Below, piece after piece: positions 12,450-24,801 of a stretch of 64,000 bases of DNA. Each line of letters opens with the position of its first letter. Position 1 is the first letter of the stretch. This DNA is from Felis catus (lineage: Eukaryota): positions 25,980,001-26,044,000 of the forward strand of contig NC_058368.1 in NCBI RefSeq assembly GCF_018350175.1, in the 5' to 3' direction. The notes under the pieces were generated by a model, which saw only the letters and a list, made by a program, of their open reading frames with translations, was not told the DNA's origin and made no database searches. The position numbers and the translations under genes were made by a program.

Positions 12450-12986
12450 TCCAAGAAGGCCATAACTGGATCTCCCATTTTACATGCTGCTCTTATGATG
12501 TGACATTGTTACTTTTCCCCTCAAGAGGTGGGGTCTAGATTCCCTTTTACTGCATCTGGGCAGGTTTGTGACCATTGCAAAGTGACCCTGCGTGACTTTT
12601 GGGTCTGGGTCTATAAAAGGTGACATGGCTTCATTCTGTTCCTCCCGGGACCCTTTCTCTTGGAACCCAGCCATCGTGCCATGAGGAAGCCGAATAAGCT
12701 GTGGAGTGGAACCCTCCTTGGCGACGGCTGATTCCCCAGGCAGCACCGACCTTCAGATATGTGAGTGAATGAGGCTTCAGGTGATTGCAGCGTCAGCCAC
12801 TTTCAAGTCCTCCCAGCTGTGCTGTGCACCCCGCATCCCACAGGACGTTATGGAGCGGAGACATGTTGACCCTGCTGTGCCCTGTCAACTTCCTGGCCCA
12901 CAGAGACTGTAAGAGATGATGAGATGATGTTTTAAACCACTAAATCTTGAGGGAATTTGTTGCACAGCACTAGATAGGTGAATACC
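12450..12986 (+). mobile_element. ERVL-MaLR LTR (MLT1G/H-like)
   Basis: tcaagaggtggggtct, ggaacccagccatcgtgccatgaggaagcc, tttaaaccactaaatcttgagggaatttgttgcacagc. Confidence 0.8.
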
Positions 12987-13798
12987 CAGAAAAGTGTGGG
13001 ACATCCCATGTGGCTCACCAGGCCCTTCCTTCCTGCTTAAGCACGCTTTTAATAAAATGAGGTCGAAAGTAATAATTACACTCCTCTTACCCAGCAAGAA
13101 GGGTTTACGTTTGAATACCTCCATTTTACAGCAAGATTATTATTGAGCTTACGTGACATTTTTCAGGGAACCGTGCCTCAGACAGCCATAGAGTCTAGAG
13201 TTGTTTACCACAAACAATCCAAACCCACAGACATCCTGCTAAAAGCATTCCGTAGATAAAGACTTTCCTTCTTGAAATGTTAACTATTATCAGGTCCGTT
13301 ATCACACTTACAAAGGGACTAGGCCGCCTCACTTGCCTTCTCTTGCAGGGATCCCTCTAGTAATTGGGGAAGAAATGGGTCACGGGCCAGCTGTTTTAAC
13401 TCCTTCCACCTCAACCCTTCCACTCAACAATTTTTCCCCTGATAGAGGCAAGATGTCTGCCTTGAGCCCTAGTCCCACAATTCACCCTCTCAGTAACCCA
13501 ACCAAAAAAGAGAATGCCTTTCTGTCATTCTTCTAGAATAAGTCTCAGTATATCTCTACCTGGCTCTGATGTCCAAACCAACCTTTAGAACACTTAAACT
13601 ACATGGATCGAGGAAAATTAGGGTGTTGTTATAAGAAGAGAGAAATGCTGGGCCTGAAACAATGAAAAAAATAGCTGATACACACGCAATATAATTATAA
13701 AAATACATTAACATGCATTAAAAACATTTATTATATACCAGACTTCTTTCTTAATTGGTCCCACTTCAGTCTATTCTCCCTCCCATTGCTAGAGATTC

Positions 13799-14095
13799 CT
13801 TTTCTCTTCTCTTTTTTCTTTTCTTTTCTTTTCTTTTCTTTTCTTTTCTTTTCTTTTCTTTTCTTTTCTTTTCTTTCTTTTCTTCTGTCTTTTCTTTTGA
13901 GATAGAGAGGGCACAAGTGAGTGAGAGACAGAAAGAGAGAGTGAAGGAGAGAGAGAAAAGTGGGGTTCACCCGGGGCTCATGTTTTATCCAAAGTGGGGC
14001 TGGAGCTCACCCGACGTGGGACTTGAACTCACAAACTGTGAGGTCATGACCTGAGCCGAAGTCAGATGCTTAACGACTGAGCTGCCCAAGTGCTC
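13799..14095 (-). mobile_element. Variant Can-SINE with (TTTTC)n tail
   Basis: Standard head at 14010-14095, atypical middle, pentamer microsatellite tail 13799-13890. Confidence 0.85.
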
Positions 14096-14174
14096 TGGAA
14101 AGAGATTTTTAAAATGCAAGTCAAATATTCTGGTATATTAGCATCTTGGGGGTAGAGACTTTATTTGTTCATTG

Positions 14175-14595
14175 TAAAAGTTAGAGTAATGTCACCTGCT
14201 GTAACAACGTCCCGTGTTTCAGCAGCTTAACACAGCAGAAATTCATTTCTCAGTCTCAAAATAGATATTCCTGGTTGATGGGGGGTTTTCCTCTATATGG
14301 TCATACAGGGACCCTGACTCTTTCCTTTTTGTGGATTTTCCATGACTTAAGTCTTGGGAATCCTGTATTCAGTAGTGGATAAGGGAAGAGAAGCCACACT
14401 TCTTAACATTTTGGCTCAGAAATGGCACATATTAGTTCTGCTCATCTTCCATTGTTGAGAAATGGTCACATAGTCCCATCTAAATGCAGGGAGCACTGGG
14501 AAACGTTGTTCTTGGTTGGGATGTCAGTTCTCTGTGACAACTTTATGAAGGGGGTGGGGGACACGAAATTTGTGGGTCAGCTAGCCGTCCCAGAC
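14175..14595 (-). mobile_element. ERVL-MaLR LTR (old MLT1J/K-like)
   Basis: gctgtaacaac...cagcagcttaacacagcagaaattcatttctc; agaaatggcacat...ccattgttgagaaatggtcacat. Confidence 0.6.
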
Positions 14596-15369
14596 ACATT
14601 TATCGTTGTATTCCTGGCTCCTAACCCAGTATCTGATGCCAGAGTTGATGTCTAGGATGGCTGGTTTTCTGAACCTTGGATGGCCATCAAGTGCCAGGTC
14701 AAGTGTGATGCTATGGCATGTGAAAAAGTAGATGACAAATATCAGATGAGGCCCTTGGAGTGGGCACAAAAAGCTGACCAGAGATGGGAGTTTAGCTGAT
14801 TGTGGAGCTCCCTGTCCTTGGCCTTGTGCTGGGAAGGAGCATCCTTCTTTCAGAGCCCTCTGTGGGGGAAGTGGAATGGAATGTTAGTTCTTTGACACCT
14901 TGTTGGGAGTGGTAAAAGATGTGGAAAAGATCACTTCCACACTCTCAATGGTTTTCGGTTATACAACAGGTAGGGCCTTGAATGTACCTTTGATGGAAAC
15001 TTCTCTTTTCAGGGAAGTACACCTGAACTGGCTATTAAATTATGAAGCTAGAGCTGAGGCAGTTAATTGCTGCTCTGTGTAATGATTCAAAGGCTGTCTT
15101 TGTGGGAGGCAGAGATGTCTCTCCACAGCCAGTGTTGCCTTTGGGAAATGACTTCTCTTCCATGATGGATCCAAACCGTGCTGTGCCTGCAGACTGTTGC
15201 TCTGGGGAGCTCTGGGGCTCGCAGGGCATGACCGAGGAAGAGGATGCCGGCATTACCTCGGCCTCATGCTGGAGAAGGAGCCATAACAAAGACTTGGACT
15301 GGGTTTGGCGAATCTCAACTCTAGGTCTAGGAATAACCTAAGCACTGAGACGTAAGAAAACTGAAAACA

Positions 15370-15590
15370 GGGGCGCCTGGGTGGCTCAGTCAGTTGGGCC
15401 TCTGACTTGGAGTCAGGTCATGATCTCACAGTTCATGAGTTCAAGTCCCATGTCAGGCTCTGTGCTGACAGCTTAGAGCCTGGAGCCTGCTTCGGATTCT
15501 GTGTCTCCATCTTTCTCTGCCCCTCCCCAGCTCATGTTCTGTCTCTCTCTCAAGAATAAATAAACATTAAATTAAAAAAAACATTTAAAA
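15370..15590 (+). mobile_element. Can-SINE
   Basis: ggggcgcctgggtggctcagtc head; TSD aaaa(c/a)tgaaaaca. Confidence 0.95.
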
Positions 15591-16064
15591 AATGAAAACA
15601 TAACTGCTGACCTAGGTAGTTGTCATGGGAGGGAGGTGTTCCTTTGAGATAATTCATCCAGACATGCTTTATGAGTTATGCAATTTCTCTATATGTATGG
15701 TATGTATCAATAAAGAATTTATAAAATTTAAAAAGAAAGGACCTGTCCACTTTTGGGTGATTTTGGTAATTTAGGGAGATAGAGATACATCTCTAACCAC
15801 AGCTGCTGCATGGGTATTAATTAGACTGAGAAAGGCTTGGCAGGGAGGAGGGGTTCTCCACTGAAGGGAGTGGACTTTTCCCCTGTCATCACATGGGAAG
15901 AGGCAGTCTAAGGGCCTGGAAATGGGAATTTGTTAGGCAGTTCTCTTACAGGGTAAGAAACTTTCTCCCTCTCTTATGCCTAGGGCTCTGAGACAGTTTG
16001 GTTAATCCAGATTGGTGGTTTTTAGCCAGACAGAAAGTATCTTGTAGAAGAATATTTATCAACC

Positions 16065-16270
16065 TCTTTTAAATATTTTTATGTATTTATTTTGAGACAG
16101 AGAGAGTGCCAGTGGGGAAGGGGCAGAGAGAGAGGGAGAGAGAATCCCAAACAGAATTCCCAAAAGAGAATCTCAGTGCAGAGCCCAGTGTGGGGCTTGA
16201 ACCCATGAACTGTGAGATCATGACCTGAGCCCAAGTCGGATGATTAACCAACTGAGCCATCCAGGCGCCC
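16065..16270 (-). mobile_element. Can-SINE
   Basis: Full head; TSD tttatcaacc. Confidence 0.92.
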
Positions 16271-16479
16271 TTGTTTATCAACCCTTAAAAAATATCTTTG
16301 CCCTCTTTGATAAACATAAAAATCTTATTCAAGAGAGAAGAATGGTCTGAACCAATACCCAGAGACTGAAAGATTGAGATGTGCTGGAGAATTGAGTGTA
16401 GAGTGGCTCAGCCACAGTGCAGTCTGGTGAGGATTCCTGGAATAGATATCTAGAAGGGGCGCAATGGCACGTTCCCCCA

Positions 16480-16630
16480 GGCACACTGTCCATCTCCTTG
16501 TACTGTAATCATCTGTTATTAGTCAGTCTCTTCCTCTAGCTCACAAGCTCCCTGAGGGCAGGCACCACGTCTATGGCTTTTATCACAGTGCTTCGGCTTG
16601 ATAAGTGCTCAGTGAGTATCTATTGAACAC
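16480..16630 (+). mobile_element. L2 3' fragment
   Basis: cacaagctccctgagggcaggcacc...aagtgctcagtgagtatctattgaa. Confidence 0.6.
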
Positions 16631-17339
16631 ACACCTGAGCCTCTGGGCTCACCTGTTGTGCCATATGTTTCCCCATCTAGGCTGTTTTCCCCTAAAGACT
16701 CACCTCCGTATCCCCAAGAGCCTGGCACGAATTCAGGACTCTGTAGACATCTGGGGGATGCTAATGAAGTGATAAACTCATCACTGATATCTCATCAGTG
16801 GCGAGTGATAGAGGTCACTCATCTATCCCTGAAAGCAAGAAAAAAAAGCTGTAACAAGAGTCTCACGCACTCCAAAAACAAAGCAGAGGGGGACCACTGA
16901 GTGTCACGGAGTAGGTATCTCTGTTTATGGAAAGTTACACATGTGGGGCCAAGTCCTAAGCCTATGTAGTCATTCACAAGCAGCCTCCTTAAGGCTGAAA
17001 CACTGAGTCTGAAAGAAAAGGATTAGTGGGGTAAAGAATAAGAGATTCTCATTCAGGATGCATTCATTCCTCTTCTGCCAGAACTGACTCACTCCTGGGG
17101 GGTTGGCGAGCACTTGTGCCCTGGAGCGAAGATGGAAAAATGTGATGCTAATTTTACTACTTGATTATATTTTTGTTTCAGGTGATTTTGCCAAGTTTTT
17201 TTTTTATTTGCTCACAGCGGTGTTAAAATAGCAGCAGTTGATATATTTCAGGCTTTAGAACCCTCTCTGAGTGCCATGCCAGCCTAATTTCTTCCCAGAG
17301 AAACACGATACTCCTGGAGGCACAGTATTTGGTGCCATA

Positions 17340-17560
17340 ATAAAACCACAGTGGCTTCTGTTTATGGCGAATTTATGGTAGGCCAGGCAATGGGCTAAAT
17401 GTTACACTGCATGATCTCAGTGGATGTATCAGTTTCCCCTTTTGTAGATGAAGACGCGGAGGCTGAGGTTTAGGAAGGTCACAGAAGGTTGCAGAAGGTC
17501 ACAAAGCCAGTAGATGGCAGACCTGGGACTGGAACACAGGCTGCCGGCAAACTTCCTTGT
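17340..17560 (-). mobile_element. MIR
   Basis: ccccttttgtagatgaagacgcggaggctgagg...aaggtcacaaagccagtagatggcagacctggga. Confidence 0.7.
17507..17520 (+). promoter_or_regulatory. CTCF core consensus match
   Basis: ccagtagatggcag matches CCASYAGRKGGCRS at all 14 positions; occupancy unknown. Confidence 0.4.
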
Positions 17561-17756
17561 TGCCTTCCCAGGGGGAGGGAACTGGGATTGTGCTGGGTCC
17601 CCAAATGGTGGAGGACACGGACTATGAGTCAGAGCAAAGCACATTTTGAGAAGACCCTGGAGGCCTGTGAAATGCCATTCGCTCCGCAGACTTAGAATGT
17701 CCTTATTGTCCCTTCCATCTGTCTCAGAGAGTCTGGTCCCTTCACGCTGCGCTGGC

Positions 17757-18431
17757 TGTGGCAGAGACACTTAGCCCTAGACGTCCTAGTGTGGACCTGC
17801 GACAGCTGCTACAGTCCCGTCCCTCTAACTCTTCCCATGGCTGGTGTTTCCCATCCTCTTGGCCTTACCTGTTTCTTGTCCCAGTGGACAAGCCCGTGGC
17901 ACCTGGGTTCCAGTTGACTTCACGTGGGTACAGCGGTGCTTTGCCTACGTGCATGCTGGTCACGTCTCAGCTCCCTGCTCCAGGCACCTCTATTGACGCC
18001 TCCATGAGACTTGCCTCATGCCCACCGTGTGCAAACTGGAAGTGGCCAGGGGCGGGGGGAGTCCTGTGGGGCGAACCTTCAGCCAATGGGAGGCAAGAGC
18101 TGATGGGTAAATTACTCCCTCCCCACCCACCAGGGGCTGAGGACAGGCACCGACTCTATAGCTTTTCACGTAATACCTAGGGCTTAATGAGTGTTAAAGA
18201 AAAACATTTTGAATGGATGCCCACATATGTAGCCAGCATTTGCACGTAGTAGAGGTAGGCAGCTCCGGGATTGGCATCCTTGAATCGGTTCTCTTTCCTT
18301 CTCTGCCTCCCTCCCCTTCTTCCTCACTCCTGCTTCCTAGAATTCTTAGGCGATGATATTCCCTAACAAAGTTTTGAATCATGTGAGCCCTCTGCCTCAG
18401 ATTCTACTTTCTGGGGCATCCAGGCTAAGAC
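17757..18431 (+). mobile_element. ERVL LTR (LTR16-like)
   Basis: caaactggaagtggccagg, cagccaatgggaggcaagagctgatggg, 3' end ctcagattctactttctggggcatccaggctaagaca. Confidence 0.7.
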
Positions 18432-18509
18432 AGGTGGCAAGGTCTGAATAATCTTATATTCACTCATCGTCTTCTGGAACGGCCAGCATACCTGGTGCCT
18501 GCATTTTGC

Positions 18510-18719
18510 TTTTTTGGTTCATTTGTTTTGTTTTTGTTTTTTAAAAATTTGTTGATTTTTTTGGGGGGGGGGAGGGGCAGAAAGAGAGGGAGACAGAGGA
18601 TCCAAAGTGGGCTGTGTGCTGCAACAGAGAACCTGATGTGGGACTTGAACCCACGCACTGTGAGATCATGACCTGAGCCAAAGTCAGATGCTTAACCGAA
18701 TGAGGCACCCAGGTGCCCT
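18510..18719 (-). mobile_element. Can-SINE
   Basis: Head and core recognisable; tail degenerate. Confidence 0.9.
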
Positions 18720-19469
18720 CTGCGTTTTTGAGTTAAGGACGGGACACACTGAAATGGAGTGGAAAGCTGCAGATCTGTGACCTGAGGCTGGGGGGCAAAT
18801 TGTAGAGTGTTGCCTTCATCTTACTTCAAATAGCTTTCCATTTAATTTGCCAGATCCATTTCCTTCTCCCCATTTAAAACTCACCTTTAAGTGGCGTCTC
18901 TGCATAACTGAGAAATATAAAAACACCAAAGGCCAGCCCAGCCCCCTTGGTCTCTTCTTGGGCACGTTCTGTCACTTTAGGGAAGAAAGGTGATGGCATT
19001 TGTCTTCATGCTTGTCTGATTGATACCTGATTTCCTGGTCCCCAAGTGAACCAGGAGCAGCTTCCCTCTCCGCACAGGCTCACAACGTCCTGGGAAGATG
19101 CTAGAAAGCTGCAAAAGGCATCTGTAGTCCTCCTGAGACCCTGTGGAATGAGAACCTCCAGCCAAAGAATAGACTCAGGGGTCACAGTTTTGTGTCTCTG
19201 CAGGCCATGTAGATGGTCATGGGGCTGAAGAGAAGAGGTTTAATATTACCTAGCAGCCAGTGGGCTCCTGGCTGTATTGGGTCCCTTTGCCACCCAGTCA
19301 GGGGAGGGACTGTACTTTTCCAGCAGCGTGTACCCCGTTGCTGCTGGCTGCCCTCGAGAGACTGCCATGAGACCTTCTCTGAAATTGGGGCCATTTAAGG
19401 GTAGCCCTGACATTTACTGAAAAGCCAGAAATTCAGCACAAGTAACCCACAAACCGGTACAGCTAAAAG

Positions 19470-21190
19470 CTATTTATGTGCTTATACACACAGCAATTGT
19501 GAGAGCGATGGAAATGAATGTAACTGATGTGAGCTTCTGCACAAGATTGAGGCACAGGGTTGAAGAGAGCCTAGGCAGACACGCTCACAGTTGCACCTCA
19601 CTGCCACACGGTGTCGCTGTTGGAGACGAGTCTTGCATGGTTTGCTCCTCGACTAAGATGGTTCCCCTGCTGGTCCTCATCCTGCGCAGGCTTCAGTGGT
19701 TATTGGAAAGACGGCAGTGCCACTCTTCATTCGGTGCCGTGCTCGGTCAAGGTGTACTACATGGGCCGCCTACGTTCTTCAACCACGTGTCTGTGCTCGC
19801 CCACATGTCCCAAGCAGGGTTGACTGGGTCCTGGGAGGGTTTGCTCCAGACTACCACCAGCCTGACCGAACGCCTTTCCATCCTTGGGCTGAGCCTATGT
19901 CCTCACCCACACTTCCCTGGCTTTCTTGCTGAGGGCCATTTTGAAGCATGCTGTCATACTTGACATTTTGCCTGCTGTTTTGAAACACAAAAGTTGGCCC
20001 GTTGTGTCCCTAGAGCATTGCTGGCCTTATCCTTTGGTATTTGTTGTTCAGAGCCCTGTGTCTGACTGACTACATATGGTGCCACTGTCCCCTTCTCTCT
20101 GGGCAGCAGATGCTTTCCGGCTCTCTCTATATTATGTGTACCTTCTGTAACTAAGAAAAGACCCCAGATGTGATTCTTAGGGGGGGATGATGATTCCCCT
20201 TGCAGTGACATGGAGCTCTATCCAGGCATGGGATGGCTGCCATAATTTATACCTAGGCAGGTGCACCAATTTATGCCTACTTAATCTCTGCCTCAAAAGG
20301 GACCATACTGCATTAAGAAGAACCACATCCAGCAGAAGAGGAACCATCAAACTCCTACTGAAATTACACCATTTGGAGAACAAATTCCTGTTTCTTATCA
20401 TCTATATCAAACATTTAAAACCACTCTGACAAAAGTCAGCCAAGTGCCTCTTCACAATGTTTCTCTGCTGTCCGTGTTTACAAAGAGCTCCTTGCTAGTC
20501 TAGTTGTAAGGAGTAGACTCGCTGTCCTGGAGTTCTTGCAAATGTGCAGAAGAGAAGAAACTGTTGTCCCCGAGTGGCAGGGAAAGTCTGAGGTCTCATG
20601 TCGTCCTTCCTAATTTGACTTACTGGGCTATTTCTACCTTGAGGCATCTCTTCCATAGCACTAGCAATGTGACAAAGGAGAGTTTAGTTTGAAGTTGCTA
20701 ACTTTTTTGTGGACTGAGGCTATGGGCTGAAGACCCACAGAATTGAAGATATCTGAGGATACTGGCTCTGATCCTCATTAGAGAGTCCGGGTTAGTTCAC
20801 ATCTATTCTTGAGGTCACAACTGTCCAGCTGTGAACGGAGAGACTCTCTCTTCTTGGCCTTCCTTTCAAGGCTGGCAACAATAAGACTTTGAACAAAACT
20901 CTCAGTGCCAAGGGCATCAACCTCTTTCACACCCCCTTCTGCTCCATAGTGTCGGAGAAATCCCCTCAAGGACATGGAAGAAAAATGAGGACCAGTCTTG
21001 AATCGATGATGTGTTATATGGATAGTCTAAGGCTGGCTTCTCTAGCAAGAAACTTTCACCCAGCTGGGTTCCACATGTAGGAAAGAAGGGCCCTTTTATA
21101 AACTACCCGATACAAGATGTTGACCTTTCGAAATCCTTTGGGCAGACCATTTCAAAGGGTGGATATTGTCAAAGGTTGCCTAAAAGTAGA
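19470..21190 (+). pseudogene. Highly decayed endogenous retroviral/LTR-retrotransposon pol remnant (RT-RNase H-integrase)
   Basis: Ordered motif remnants across frameshifts: IYV 19472, LLHKIEAQG*R..SQLH 19534, GFSGYWK 19689, PDRTPFH 19861, WP..RALLA 19995-20026, KLSPSW..KGPF 21050-21097, WILSKV 21160. Confidence 0.55.
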
Positions 21191-21596
21191 AAATGGTAAA
21201 TAGAATTTAATCAAAAAGGGCTGGAAGGACATACTCTAACCAAGTCGAAGTGACAGACAAGGCCAGGGTCACGTCTCAAGTCCTCACCTCTGACTCACAC
21301 CACCCAGGGAAGTAACTGTTCCCTTGAGTCCTGGGGGGGTCAAGGGTATCTTACGTTCATGCATTCTGCCCAAGCTCTGACATTTTGAGCACTAGCTCAG
21401 GCTCTGGTCAGCTACCCGACCCTAACCACGAACCGCACACCAATGGTCTTTGGGTTTTTGGCTGAGGTCAAGTTGCCCAAACGCTGCCCCTCAACGTTTA
21501 TTTCTGGGATTGTTTTGCCAGCCCCTCCCCTAGTACATGTTCACCCTCAGAAGCAGGCGGGTGACTAAGAGCTACAGGATACTTTGCAATTTCCTT

Positions 21597-21690
21597 TCAA
21601 TTCAATTCAACAATTATTTACCAAACACCTACTATGCATCAGAGACCAGGTTCCAGGAATACAGATATTCCTTGGACTGGGAAGCTGAGA
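21597..21690 (-). mobile_element. L2 3' end fragment
   Basis: ttcaattcaacaattatttaccaaacacctactatgcatcag. Confidence 0.6.
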
Positions 21691-22269
21691 CACAGTTTAG
21701 TTTCAGAGCAGTGTTGGCAACAAACAAAATGAAATAAATCACCACAGCAAAAGCCACATTCCAGCCACCAAAAAGGTAGTTTCAAGCAAATATGTCTGTG
21801 TGATTCTCGAACGTCCCTAAGTGGGATTCCGGTCCTTGTCTCAGAACACCCTCTTCTCTCCCTTCCACACCCCACAGTTGTCCCATGCCTCCTCCTCCAG
21901 ACTCCTTGAAAACCTCTTCCTTGGGACTAGCCTTCAGGCTTCTTCTGCTCATCCCTGTCCCTGCTCTCAGCTCAGTGGCTCAAGAATCCCAAGGGCCAGC
22001 TAGGCCAAGGCAGAGGACCAGTGTATAGAGTCAGAGCTCTCTTCAGCAGAGACAGGACAGGCATGAGCTGAGGCAGGATGTTCTGAGCTTTGGTCCTGCC
22101 CCACACAAATGAAAGAGATCTAGCCCTTGCCCCAGGGAAGGTCACCGTAACTGGAGACATCAGCACAAAAGAGGCCATCACAATTCCGCGTTAGTGGTGA
22201 GGGCCTATGGGATCCTGGGGAGATCCAAGATGGCCCAGGAAGAGAGCTCTGGCTAAAGCTTGAAGGGTG

Positions 22270-22450
22270 AATCTGGATTTGAACCCAACGTCTGAGTTTT
22301 GGACAAGTTACTTACAGGAACAGGGAACCGTGCCAGTTCCCTCATCTGTAACATGGGGATTAGACATTATACGGTTGTTGTCAGACTGAAACAACTTAAT
22401 AAAAGTGAATGCTTGAAATAGTGTTCAGCAGTGCTCAACAAACATATAAT
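22270..22450 (+). mobile_element. MIR
   Basis: ggacaagttactta...cagttccctcatctgtaacatgggg...gtgctcaacaaa. Confidence 0.7.
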
Positions 22451-23269
22451 TAGAACATTGATGCACTGAATCACAAATTCCTGGGGTGCAGTCACAAAGC
22501 AGCTTTGACTTCCCCCCCCCACTGCCCTGTGCATCTGGAGGAAACATCTCCGACTTCCCTGCGTGCTCTAGGAAATACAAAGTTGTAGAGTCATTTTCAC
22601 ATCTAAATCAGAACGTGTGCTCTCATATCCTTGTGAATACTCCAGTCTTTCTGTCTCTGCTGGGGTGGGCGAGGAGAGGGGCTGGCTGCGATCAAGTCTG
22701 TCTGGGCAGCGGGGGGGTGGGGGTGGGGTTCCTTTCTTTCTCTTTCTTGCTCAACATACTGGCCAGTGGTGGTTCCTGGCCTCCCTGGGATGGGGTGCAG
22801 GGAGGGGTTGATGGGGGGAGTGGGAACATTCTCTCGCATCTTGGCATCTGCTGTCCTAAACCTAAATCAACGGTCCTCTGTGCAAGTCCTTCCTCCCAGG
22901 GCCCCCTTGCTCTCCATGGGGATGGGGAATTTGACTCCCCAGGCTGTTCTTGGCCACTCGCCATTTACCAGGGCTACAGGATGGTTTGCTCACAACGCAA
23001 TTCGGTGTCTTTTATCTGTTGTCTTAGTGTTTCAACCGAAGCCTCCATTCTCACTTCCTCCATGCCCGTTAGCCACCATCATTATCCCCGGGTGCCATAA
23101 GGGTGGTTTGCTGGGAGGTGGCCCCTGTCAGGACGGGGGCAGATGAGATGGCAAAGGTGGGCAGGGACTTCTTTATCCTACCTATCCTGTGACTGTGACT
23201 CTTGTCCCCCAGGTCCTGCCATGATGGGGACAAGGGTGCAGAAGGCTAGGCCCCGTCTCCTCAGGAGAA

Positions 23270-23490
23270 TGACAAACCTGTGTTTACTGCTGTATAATAC
23301 GAAGTGTCTTCAGTATATGTGCTCTCACTTGAAACTCACAAACTCAATCAGATCTTTAGTACATTCTTTCCATTTTAATAGACAAGGACACATGTTCTGG
23401 AAGTTAAGTATTGTCCGAGGTCACACAGCTAGGAGGTAACAGATTCCAACTTAGTGATCCGATTTCTGTTTTGTTCTTTTCATTGCACCA
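23270..23490 (-). mobile_element. MIR
   Basis: ccattttaatagacaagga...gaagttaagtattgtccgaggtcacacagctagg. Confidence 0.7.
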
Positions 23491-24575
23491 TAATACACGG
23501 AGCCGGGGAAGTAGGTGCAGGGGAGCGACGTTCTGGAAGCCTGGCCTTGGGCAGGGTGTTGTCCTCTGGGAGGAGGCAGCTGTGGGAGCCACCTGTGCCT
23601 GCCCCGGCTTGCATAGTCGCAGTGGGCATTGTGGGTCCTCCACACCCACCTGCCAAACAGAACCGGCCAAGCTGGGCAAACACAGGTAGTGACTTCATTC
23701 TCCCTGCTTCATACCTGACATTGGAAAGACCCAACTAGTCCAGCCCAGGGTCTTGGCCTGTCCTGTGGACAAATCTCCCGGGTCATCTAGACCCTGGTTA
23801 AGAACCTCTGTGTCCAGCAAAGAGCCCTGGATGCACACCTTCCATAAGCAAAAAGAAAGGTGTGCGGGTTCTCAGCAAAATGGTGACCCCTGTAGATTCT
23901 GCCGACTGTGCAGCCTCACTAACCCTTTGGTTACCAGTGTCCCCGGGGTTCACCCGAGAATTCTTGTCCTCTCCCTTCTCTTCTGCATAGTTTGGCTGTA
24001 GTTCATTGGAAGGTGGGATCAGATGCCAAAGGAGGAGGAGATAGGAGGAACTTGAACTTTGGTCTCCATGGCGAGGAGGACGTAAAGGACATTTTGTTTT
24101 AATTAATCGTTTTTGTTCTTTTTAGGATAACAAAAGCCGTATGTGTTGAGTGTTGAAAAATTGAAAAACACAAAAAAGTAAGATGAAAACAAGTTCGCTC
24201 ATGAGATTCACGCCCTAAGATTTGTGTGTTATTTCCTTCTAACATCATACTCCCATATATAAAGCATATCCACAGACACACTTGTAAACCAGATTAGAAG
24301 TGTATAGACTGTGAGCCTCTTTTCTTCACTAAGCAACATGTCACGGGCATGTCCCCATACCGTTAAACTCGGTGGACTTTCAACCATCCTGTGTGGTGGA
24401 TTCCACGTTGTACTAGAAGGACAACAGATGGGACAAGCTGGTGGGGGAATAAATTGTGAAAACTCCCGGGAGGCCTCCCCCTGGAAGACCCCACTCGGTC
24501 ACATCTTAGCAACACATCCTGAAGAAACCGTGAGTTCTGACCCTTAGCACTCCAGGCCTTCTCCTTTATGTGTCT

Positions 24576-24801
24576 CATTCATTCATTCATTCATTCATTC
24601 ATTCATTCATTCATTCATTCATTCAAGAGAGCGAGTACGGTAGGGGCAGAGAAAGAGAGAGAGGGAGAGAGAGAATCCCAAGCAGGCTCCACACTGTCAG
24701 CACAGAGCCCAATGCGGGGTTCGAACTCATGAACCATGAGATCATGACCTGAGCTGAAAACAAGAGCTGGATGCTTAACTGACTGAGCCATCTAGGCACT
24801 C
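24576..24801 (-). mobile_element. Can-SINE with (CATT)n microsatellite tail
   Basis: (CATT)n 24576-24624 followed by SINE body. Confidence 0.93.

Noticed and set aside
16776..16806. Hairpin actcatcactgat-atctc-atcagtggcgagt
   Set aside because: 13-bp imperfect stem is too short for a pre-miRNA and is expected by chance in 64 kb
22486..23100. Longest ORF (204 aa)
   Set aside because: GTG start, G/S/P/C-rich composition of random GC-rich DNA, no recognisable domain
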